Shown piece after piece: positions 56,772 to 64,000 of a stretch of DNA of 64,000 bases. The DNA comes from Deltaproteobacteria bacterium. GTDB taxonomy: Bacteria > Myxococcota > JACRCW01. Positions within the stretch are counted from its first letter, which is position 1. Every line of letters starts with the position of its first letter. The DNA is taken from assembly GCA_016218805.1 (NCBI GenBank), contig JACRCW010000065.1, positions 94,040 to 158,039 of the forward strand, in the 5' to 3' direction. A program made the position numbers and the translations under genes. The notes below the pieces were generated by a model. The model searched no databases, had not been told where the DNA came from, and saw nothing but the letters and a program-made list of their open reading frames with translations.

Positions 56772-57155
56772 GGTCTGCTCTCCTTGTTCCGCAGCGCGCG
56801 TGCTTGCGCGCAACCGCGGCTCCGGTATCACGCCTTGGACGAACAAACACATGAAATGTGCAGGCATGCCGGATCGCGCAGGAATGTCATTTCGCAGCAT
56901 TATTCGCCGGTAGCCCACCGCTTCCGCCCCGGCCCATGTCGACGTAGAGCCCCGGGTCCTGACGGTGCTGAAAAGTGCGCAGTGCCGGTGGATGAAATGA
57001 GCCGAAATGCGCGGCATGTTCGCTGCGGCGCAGATCCTGCGACGCGCGGCGACGCGACGGAACGGAGAACCCGGCCCAGCGCATCGCGGACGGGAGCGTG
57101 GACTTGATTCCCCGCGCGGTTCCGGTGACGCTGGCGTGACGGAGGACGCTGACCC

Positions 57156-58097
57156 ATGCCGGGCCCCAGAATCCTGCTCATTGAAGACGACGCCATTCAG
57201 GCCGCGCGGGTCCAGCAACTGCTGGTGGCGCGCGGCATGGAATGCCACGTTGAGGCGCGTGGGCTGGAGGGATTCAAGGTTGCGCTGGAGGCGCCGCCGG
57301 ACGTGGTGCTGCTGGACCTCATCCTGCCGGACAAGGACGGGCATGAGATCTGCCGCTTTCTCAAGGCGGAGGCCACCACCCGGGACGTGCCCGTGTTGAT
57401 GCTGACCGCCCGCACCACGCTGCGTGACCGCGTGGATGGGCTCAACATCGGCGCGGATGACTACGTTCCCAAGCCATTTGATGATGATGAATTGGTGGCG
57501 CGCATCCACGCACTGCTGCGCCTCAAGAACCTGCAGGACCAGCTCAAGGAAAAGAACCGCAACCTGCGCGAACTGCTCTCCCGCCTGGAAGTGCTGGCCA
57601 TCACCGACGCGGTGACGGGCCTCCACAACCGCCGGCATTTCATGCAGGTGCTGGAGAGCGAGTTTGCGCGCGCGGTCCGCTATGACACGCCCATGGCGCT
57701 GGCCATGCTGGATGTGGACCATTTCAAGGCCATCAATGACCGCTTTGGCCACCCCACGGGGGATACCGTGCTGGAGGAACTGGGGCTGCTGATGCGTGCG
57801 GCCATGCGGAAGATTGACGTGGTGGCGCGCTACGGCGGCGAGGAGTTCGTGGTGCTGCTCCCGCAGACCGCCGCGGCGGATTCGCTGCTGCCCTCGCGCC
57901 GCCTCGTTGCGCGCGTGGCGGAACACCCGTTTCCCGCCATCGGCGCGTGCGTGACCGTCTCCATCGGCATCGCCGGCATGCCGGACGCCCGCATCAAGCG
58001 CCCCGAGGACCTGGTGCGCCTGGCCGACGACGCGCTGTACCGCGCCAAGCGCGCCGGCCGGAACCGCGTGGAGATGGAACCCGCCCAGGCACCGTGA
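57156..58097 (+). CDS. Response regulator diguanylate cyclase (REC-GGDEF)
   Basis: IEDD, LLDLILP, DYVPKP; DVDHFKAINDRFGH, RKID I-site, GGEEF. Confidence 0.95.
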   Translation: MPGPRILLIEDDAIQAARVQQLLVARGMECHVEARGLEGFKVALEAPPDVVLLDLILPDKDGHEICRFLKAEATTRDVPVLMLTARTTLRDRVDGLNIGADDYVPKPFDDDELVARIHALLRLKNLQDQLKEKNRNLRELLSRLEVLAITDAVTGLHNRRHFMQVLESEFARAVRYDTPMALAMLDVDHFKAINDRFGHPTGDTVLEELGLLMRAAMRKIDVVARYGGEEFVVLLPQTAAADSLLPSRRLVARVAEHPFPAIGACVTVSIGIAGMPDARIKRPEDLVRLADDALYRAKRAGRNRVEMEPAQAP

Positions 58098-58251
58098 CCC
58101 TCCCCGGCGTCCCCGGTATGCCGCCGTCCCGGTTGCGCTGGGCGTGGCGGCGTCCGTCGCTGGACCCGTGCTTCTCGTCGACGGGCGCGCTTGCGGCGCG
58201 CGCCCGCGGCAACCTAGTGTCCCGCGCCCGGGGGCGTGGGCGAGGACTGTC

Positions 58252-60711
58252 ATGAACGACACACCGGTTCCCCAGCATGCCCGCGCCGTCGTCATCGGCG
58301 GTGGCATCATCGGTTGTTCGGTGGCGTACCACCTGGCGGAGTTGGGCTGGAAGGACGTGGTGTTGCTGGAGCGGGACCGCCTGACGTGCGGCACCACCTG
58401 GCACGCCGCCGGCCTGATGGTCACCTTTGGCTCCACGTCCCAGACCTCCACGGAGATGCGCAAGTACACGCGGGATCTCTACGTGCGGCTGGAGAAGGAG
58501 ACCGGGTTGTCGTCGGGCTTCCGGCCCGTCGGGTTCATCCAGATCGCCACGGACGCGGACCGCCTGGAGGAATACCGGCGCGTCACCGCGTTCAACCGGC
58601 ACATGGGCGTGGACGTCCAGGAACTGTCCGCTTCTGAAGTGAAGCGCCTGTGGCCGGAGGCGCGCACGGATGACGTGCTGGCCGGGTTCTACGTCAAGGA
58701 AGACGGGCGCGTGAACCCGGTGGACGCCACCATGGTCGTGGCCAAGGGCGCGCGGCTGCGCGGGGTGAACATCCTGGAGGGCACCCCGGTCACCGGCATC
58801 CTGCGCAAGCAGGGCCGCGTCACCGGCGTGCGCACGCCCCGCGGTGACATCACCGCGGAATACGTCATCAACTGCGCTGGCATGTGGGGCCGCCAGCTGG
58901 GTGAACTGGCCGGCGTGAGCCTCCCGCTGCAGGCCACGGAGCACTACTACCTCATCACCGAGAAGATCCCGGGGCTGGACCCGTCCCGGCCCGTCATTGA
59001 GGACCCGGGGAATTACGCCTATTTCCGCGAAGAGGTCGGCGGGTTGATGATTGGCCTGTTTGAGCCGCTGGCCGCCACGTGGAAGCTGGAGGGGATTCCG
59101 CAGGATTTCTCGTTTGGTGAACTGCCGCCTGACTGGGACCGCATGGGCCCGTGGGTGGAAGCGGCCATGAAGCGCATTCCCGTCTCCACGGAGGCGGGCA
59201 TCCGCAAGTTCTTCTGCGGCCCGGAGAGCTTCACGCCGGACCTCAAGCCGCTCGTCGGCGAGTCCCCGGAGCTGCGCAACTTCTTCAACGCCGTGGGCCT
59301 CAACTCCATTGGCATCCTCACCGGCGGCGGCCTGGGCCGCGTGCTGGCCCACTGGATCAGCACCGGGCGCCCGGATGTGGACGTCACCGCGTTCAACGTG
59401 GACCGCTTCCATCCCTACCAGGCCAACCCCGCCTACCGGCGTGACCGCACGCCGGAAATGCTGGGAATGGTCTACAAGTGCCACTACCCGGGCCTGGTGC
59501 TGCAGACCGCCCGCGCCGCCAAGCGCTCACCCCTGCATGACCGCCTGGTGCAGGCCGGCGCGTACTTCAAGGACGTCTGCGGCTGGGAGTCGCCGGACTG
59601 GTACGCCCCGCCGGGCCATGCGCCAAAGATTGAGAAGCTGTCCTGGGGCCGCCAGAACTGGTTCCCCTGGTGGGAGGCGGAGCACCGCGCCGCGCGTGAC
59701 GGCGTCATCGTCATGGACATGTCGTTCATGGGCAAGTTCCTGGTGCAGGGGCGGGACGCCGGCAAATGCCTGGATTTCATCTCCGCCAATTCCGTGAATT
59801 CCGCGGATGGCCTCATCACCTACACGCAGTGGCTCAATGAGGACGGCGGCGTGGAGGCGGACCTTACCGTCACGCGCCTGGCGGAGGACCGCTTCCTGGT
59901 GGTCACCTCGGACACCACGCACCGCCACGTGGAGACCTGGCTGCGCCGCCGCATCCCGGAGGACGCGCACGCGTTTGTCACGGACGTGACCGGCGCGTAC
60001 GCGCAGCTCAACGTGCAGGGACCCCACTCACGTGCCTTGCTGCAGACGCTCACCCGCGCGGACCTGTCCAACGCGGCATTCCCCTACCGCGCCGCGCGGG
60101 AGATTGACCTGGGGTACGCGCGCGTCCTGCTGGTGCGCATCACGTACCTGGGCGAGCTGGGCTACGAGCTGTACATCCCCGCCGAACAGGCCGTGCACGT
60201 GTACGACCTCGTCGTGGAGGCGGGCCAGGCGTTGGGCCTGCGGCATGCCGGGCTCAAGGCGCTGGGCAGCCTGCGCATGGAAAAGGGCTACCGGGACTAC
60301 GGCCACGACATCGACAACACCGACAGCGTGCTGCAGGTGGGCCTTGGCTTTGCGGTGGATCTCAAGAAGCCCGGCGGGTTCATTGGCCGGGACGCCGTGG
60401 TGCGGGAGAAGGAGCGCGGTGCGCCCACGCGGCGGCTGGTGCAGGTGCAGGTGCAGGACCCCGCCGCCATGCTGTTCCACGCGGAGATCGTCAGCCGCAA
60501 TGGCCGCGAAATCGGTTACGTGCGGTCCGCCTCGTGGGGTTTCACGCTGGGCGGCGCCGTGGGCCTGGTCATGTTGGAGGCCGGTGAGCCGGTGAACCAG
60601 GCGTTCCTCGACGCCGGCACCTGGGAGGTCAACATCGCCGGGCGGCGCTACCCCGCGTCGGTGTCGCTGCGCCCGCTGTATGACCCGGACATGAAGCGCG
60701 TGAAGGCGTGA
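58252..60711 (+). CDS. Dimethylglycine/sarcosine dehydrogenase-like FAD oxidoreductase (DAO + GcvT domains)
   Basis: IGGGIIG, GTTWHAAG, GPESFTPD, YLGELGYEL, SLRMEKGY. Confidence 0.92.
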   Translation: MNDTPVPQHARAVVIGGGIIGCSVAYHLAELGWKDVVLLERDRLTCGTTWHAAGLMVTFGSTSQTSTEMRKYTRDLYVRLEKETGLSSGFRPVGFIQIATDADRLEEYRRVTAFNRHMGVDVQELSASEVKRLWPEARTDDVLAGFYVKEDGRVNPVDATMVVAKGARLRGVNILEGTPVTGILRKQGRVTGVRTPRGDITAEYVINCAGMWGRQLGELAGVSLPLQATEHYYLITEKIPGLDPSRPVIEDPGNYAYFREEVGGLMIGLFEPLAATWKLEGIPQDFSFGELPPDWDRMGPWVEAAMKRIPVSTEAGIRKFFCGPESFTPDLKPLVGESPELRNFFNAVGLNSIGILTGGGLGRVLAHWISTGRPDVDVTAFNVDRFHPYQANPAYRRDRTPEMLGMVYKCHYPGLVLQTARAAKRSPLHDRLVQAGAYFKDVCGWESPDWYAPPGHAPKIEKLSWGRQNWFPWWEAEHRAARDGVIVMDMSFMGKFLVQGRDAGKCLDFISANSVNSADGLITYTQWLNEDGGVEADLTVTRLAEDRFLVVTSDTTHRHVETWLRRRIPEDAHAFVTDVTGAYAQLNVQGPHSRALLQTLTRADLSNAAFPYRAAREIDLGYARVLLVRITYLGELGYELYIPAEQAVHVYDLVVEAGQALGLRHAGLKALGSLRMEKGYRDYGHDIDNTDSVLQVGLGFAVDLKKPGGFIGRDAVVREKERGAPTRRLVQVQVQDPAAMLFHAEIVSRNGREIGYVRSASWGFTLGGAVGLVMLEAGEPVNQAFLDAGTWEVNIAGRRYPASVSLRPLYDPDMKRVKA

Positions 60712-60719
60712 GGTGACCC

Positions 60720-61493
60720 ATGCACGTGCTCGCCGCCACCCTGCTGCTGGCCCTGGGCGCGCAGGCGCCCGCCGCCCCGGACGCCGGCGCCGCGCCCACG
60801 CCGGGCGAGGCCCACTTTGAACGGGCCGAACGGATTCTGGAGGACGAGGACAACACCCCCGCCAACATTGACCGCGCGCTCCAGGCGCTGGATGACGCCC
60901 TGGCCGCCGGGCTGACACCCGCGCGCCGGGCGGAGGCTCACGCGGAAAAGGCCATGGCGCTGCTGCGGGCCGGTGACCTGGCGCGGGACAAGGACAAGGC
61001 CCGCGGGCTGGCGCTGTACCAGGCCGGCAAGCGCGAAGCGGACAAGGGCATCGCGGCCGACCCGCAATGCGCCAACGCGCACTTCTACCGCGGCTCCAAC
61101 CTGGGGCGGTGGGCGGAGACCCGGGGGCTGTTCCAATCCATGTTCGCGCTCACGGACATCAAGGCGGCGTTTGCCCGCACGCTGCAGCTGCAACCGCAGC
61201 ACCTGGAGGCGCAGCTGGCCCGCGCCGTCATGGATGACCGGCTGCCCGGATTTGCCGGCGGGGACAGCCAGCGCGCCGAGCGCACCTACCGCGCGCTGCT
61301 GCAGAAGTACCCGCACTACACGCGCGCCATGCTGGACTTTGCGGAGTACCTGGAGAACGACGGCCGCCGCGCCGAGGCGCTCAAGTGGGCCGCCGCCGCA
61401 CGGGATGAGCGGGCGCCGCTGCGCCCCGGGGACTGGCGCCGCTTTGACCGGCCGCGCGCCGAGGACATGCTCCGCACGTGGCAACAACGCTGA
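60720..61493 (+). CDS. Exported TPR-repeat protein
   Basis: Signal peptide; TPR-like helices; LPGFAGGD motif. Confidence 0.75.
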   Translation: MHVLAATLLLALGAQAPAAPDAGAAPTPGEAHFERAERILEDEDNTPANIDRALQALDDALAAGLTPARRAEAHAEKAMALLRAGDLARDKDKARGLALYQAGKREADKGIAADPQCANAHFYRGSNLGRWAETRGLFQSMFALTDIKAAFARTLQLQPQHLEAQLARAVMDDRLPGFAGGDSQRAERTYRALLQKYPHYTRAMLDFAEYLENDGRRAEALKWAAAARDERAPLRPGDWRRFDRPRAEDMLRTWQQR

Positions 61494-61498
61494 CCACG

Positions 61499-61777
61499 GT
61501 GATCTGCGGGCGGGTGCGCGGGCGCGTCCGGGCCCGGGCCGCCGCCGGGCTGGTTGCGCTGGCGGCCTGCGGGGTGGGGTGCGCCCCCGTGGTCCCCCGG
61601 CCCGCCTGTGACGAGATCTCCAACCGCTGCGCCAGCGCCACCACCGACGGTGGGGTGGCGTGCCATCACCTGGGCGCGGATCCGCTGACCGCGGAGCTGC
61701 ACTGTCGCGCCCGGCGCAACGGCTGCCTCAAGGAGTGTGCGGAGAGTGAGGGCGTGGACGCGGGCCACGGACACTGA
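61499..61777 (+). CDS. Small Cys-rich putative lipoprotein
   Basis: Lipobox-like GVGC followed by six Cys in about 45 aa; fills the gap between co-oriented genes; start uncertain. Confidence 0.5.
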   Translation: MICGRVRGRVRARAAAGLVALAACGVGCAPVVPRPACDEISNRCASATTDGGVACHHLGADPLTAELHCRARRNGCLKECAESEGVDAGHGH

Positions 61778-61791
61778 CGGCGGGGTCTTTG

Positions 61792-61821
61792 TTGACGCCT
61801 CGGGAAGGGCCACCCTACAAC
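61792..61821 (+). promoter_or_regulatory. Putative sigma70-type promoter
   Basis: TTGACG-N18-TACAAC ending about 60 nt upstream of ATG 61881. Confidence 0.3.
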
Positions 61822-61880
61822 GCGGGGCAATGGACCGGTCCGGCGGAGTTGCCCGCGGCCGTTCCTGGGAGGCCTCCATC

Positions 61881-63239
61881 ATGCGTCGGCTCTTCGCGTA
61901 CGTCGTGGCCGTGTTCTTCTGCGTGCTTGCCCCGCGCCTGGTCCAGGCCCAGGAGCTCAAGACCATCAACAAGCCCGGGGTCATGCAGGCCAACGTGTCC
62001 TCGGAGGACGAGAACAAGAAGCCCCTCAAGCTCAAGAAGGGCGAGAAGGTCACCGTCATCTACAGCCGTGATGACTGGATGTGGGTGAAGGCCAAGAGCG
62101 GCCGGGGTGGCTGGGTCCTCAAGAAGGAAGTGAAGGTGGAGGACACCGCGGCCGCCGCGCCCGCGGGTGGCGAGGACGCCAAGAAGAAGAAGGAGGAGGA
62201 CGCCGCCGCCAAGAAGGCCGCCGCCGAAGAGGCCAAGAAGAAGAAGGAGGACGCCGCCGCCGCCAAGAAGGCCGCCGCCGAGGAGGCCAAGCGCAAGAAG
62301 GAGGAGGCCGCCGCCGCCAAGAAGGCCGCCGCCGAAGAGGCCAAGCGCAAGAAGGAGGACGCCGCCGCCGCCAAGAAGGCCGCCGCCGAGGAGGCCAAGC
62401 GCAAGAAGGAGGAGGAGGCCGCCGCCAAGAAGGCCGGCACCGAGACGCCCAAGCCCGCCCCCGCCGAGGAACCCGCGAAGGCCGCCCCCGTCGTCGCCAC
62501 GCCCGCCCCGGTCCAGCCCACCCCGGAGCCGGCGCCCATGCCGGCCCCCGAGACCCAGCCCGCCCCGCAGCCGGTGGCCATGGTCCAGCCGGTGGCCCCC
62601 GCCCCCGTGGTCCCCATGGCCCCCGTGGCCGTCCCCGAGTCCGCGCCCGCACCCATGGCGGCCGGCTTCCTCACCGTCATTGCCAGCGAACCCGGCGCCG
62701 CCGTCATCCTGGACGGGCGCCGCGTGGGCGATGCCCCCATCCGCCGCCTCGCCGTGGAGGGCGGCCGCCACCAGGTGGCCGTGATGAAGGATGAGTTCGC
62801 ACCCACCACCCAGGACGTGGAGATCAACGGCAACGAGGCCACCGCCTCGCTCGCACTCGCCCCGTCGCCGGATCTGGTGTCCCGCCACCGCACCAACGTG
62901 TTCATCCGCTGGGGCGCCGGGTTCGGCGTGTTGGCCGTGGGCGCGGGGCTGTCGCTGCTGTCCAGCGCGGTCGGCGTCGGGGGCGCCATGCTGTGGATTG
63001 CCTCCTCCGTGGCCGCCATCAGCGAGAAGACCACGGTGGACTACAAGGATCCGCTGTCCGCTGCCCTAGCGCCCGTGTTGGGCGGCGCGCTGTCCCCGGT
63101 GACCAGCATCGGCGGGGCGGCACTCACCTTTGCCGGGCCCGCGCTGGCCCTGCTGTGCGCGGTGGGCGGCGCGGTGGGCGCGGCGGCGCTGTTCATGACG
63201 GCCGGTGACGTGGGGCGCTACAGCGCCTACCAGGAGTGA
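61881..63239 (+). CDS. Exported SH3-like + Lys/Ala/Glu coiled-coil + PEGA domain membrane protein
   Basis: GGAGG RBS; signal peptide; LKKGEKVTV..WMWVK..GRGGWV (SH3b-like); SEPGAAVILDG..VG.AP..GGRH (PEGA); C-terminal TMs. Confidence 0.82.
   Translation: MRRLFAYVVAVFFCVLAPRLVQAQELKTINKPGVMQANVSSEDENKKPLKLKKGEKVTVIYSRDDWMWVKAKSGRGGWVLKKEVKVEDTAAAAPAGGEDAKKKKEEDAAAKKAAAEEAKKKKEDAAAAKKAAAEEAKRKKEEAAAAKKAAAEEAKRKKEDAAAAKKAAAEEAKRKKEEEAAAKKAGTETPKPAPAEEPAKAAPVVATPAPVQPTPEPAPMPAPETQPAPQPVAMVQPVAPAPVVPMAPVAVPESAPAPMAAGFLTVIASEPGAAVILDGRRVGDAPIRRLAVEGGRHQVAVMKDEFAPTTQDVEINGNEATASLALAPSPDLVSRHRTNVFIRWGAGFGVLAVGAGLSLLSSAVGVGGAMLWIASSVAAISEKTTVDYKDPLSAALAPVLGGALSPVTSIGGAALTFAGPALALLCAVGGAVGAAALFMTAGDVGRYSAYQE
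62211..62426 (+). repeat. 54-bp tandem repeat x4 encoding KKAAAEEAK(R/K)KKE(D/E)xAAA
   Basis: Directly visible in DNA and protein. Confidence 0.9.
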
Positions 63240-63261
63240 CCCGCCCGGGCGTCCATCCACC

Positions 63262-64000
63262 ATGTTGGTCCTGAACGGCCCCGCGGCCGCCTCCTCGCTG
63301 CCGGCGGGCGGGGCGGTGGCCCTGGGAAACTTTGACGGCGTGCACCGCGGACACCAGGAACTGGTGCGGCGCGCGCGCGCCCACGCCGCGCGCCTGGGCG
63401 GCCCGTCCATCGTGCTCACGTTTGATCCGCATCCCAGCCGCGTACTGGCCCCCGCGCGCGCGCCGCCGTTGATCCTGCCCACCCCCCACCGGCTGGACCT
63501 GCTGGCCGGGCTGGGTGTGGACGCCGTGGTGCTCGTCCCCTTCACCGCCGAGCTTGCCCGCGTGCCCGCGGACGCCTTTGTGCGGGACGTGCTGGCCGGC
63601 GCGCTGCGCGCGGCCGTCGTCGTGGTCGGCTTCAATTTCACCTTTGGCCACGGGCGCGCCGGCACGCCCGCGCTCCTGCACACCCTGGGGGCCGCGCACG
63701 GTTTCACGGTGGACGTGGTGGACGGGGTGCTGGAGGGCGGCGAGCCCATCTCCTCCACCCGCGCGCGCCTGGCCATCCAGCAGGGAGACATGGCGGCTGC
63801 CACCCGCCTGCTGGGGCGCCCGTTCGCGGTGCGCGGCACCGTGGTGCACGGCCACCACCGCGGCCGCACGCTGGGCTTCCCCACCGCCAACCTGGCGGCG
63901 CACGTGGAACTGCTCCCCGCCCTGGGCGTCTACGCCGCGCGCGTGGACGCCGTGGGGGGCGGTCCGCCCGTGGCGCACCCCGCCGTCGTCAACGTCGGCA
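63262..64000 (+). CDS. ribF: Bifunctional riboflavin kinase/FAD synthetase; 3' end lies outside the window
   Basis: ALGNFDGVHRGHQ, TFDPHP, VVGFNFTFG, ISSTR, GRTLGFPTAN. Confidence 0.95.
   Translation, partial: MLVLNGPAAASSLPAGGAVALGNFDGVHRGHQELVRRARAHAARLGGPSIVLTFDPHPSRVLAPARAPPLILPTPHRLDLLAGLGVDAVVLVPFTAELARVPADAFVRDVLAGALRAAVVVVGFNFTFGHGRAGTPALLHTLGAAHGFTVDVVDGVLEGGEPISSTRARLAIQQGDMAAATRLLGRPFAVRGTVVHGHHRGRTLGFPTANLAAHVELLPALGVYAARVDAVGGGPPVAHPAVVNVG

Noticed and set aside
58098..58251. Glycine riboswitch ahead of the GcvT-domain gene
   Set aside because: No GGAGA...CCGAAG aptamer signature
62211..62426. CRISPR-like periodicity here and at 1780-2140 and 52543-52637
   Set aside because: In-frame coding tandem repeats without unique spacers; no cas genes
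1..64000. Prophage, IS, integrase, defence island, rRNA or tRNA
   Set aside because: No recognisable genes or RNA structures of these kinds by eye; a covariance-model scan would be needed to exclude small RNAs

Overview
High-GC (roughly 70%, by eye) bacterial chromosomal segment, most consistent with Myxococcota: two MYXO-CTERM-type sorting tails, several Cys-rich lipoproteins, a fibro-slime protein, a Hanks kinase and an ECF module. About 51 protein-coding genes. I found no rRNA, tRNA, CRISPR, integrase or transposase. Recognisable housekeeping genes are thiS, thiG, a thiE-like gene, ridA, mreB, ileS (type 2), acpS, aspA, clpP, thpR and ribF (partial). The best novelty candidate is a minus-strand operon at 45432-51847: Ser/Thr kinase-FHA, then a 1421-aa three-domain fusion (adenylation + class III aminotransferase + acyl-ACP-reductase-like), then an ICMT/PEMT-family membrane methyltransferase. 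It looks like a single-polypeptide fatty acid -> aldehyde -> amine line with a methylation step. It is divergent from an ECF sigma/anti-sigma module whose putative promoter motif is duplicated in front of the sigma gene and a very Cys-rich lipoprotein gene. Other observations: a 1-nt frameshift at the start of a cytochrome c gene, a 26-aa Arg-rich uORF coupled to a methyltransferase, a paralogous membrane-protein pair inside the thi operon, and REP/REPIN-like palindromes. All calls come from reading motifs by eye; no searches were run.
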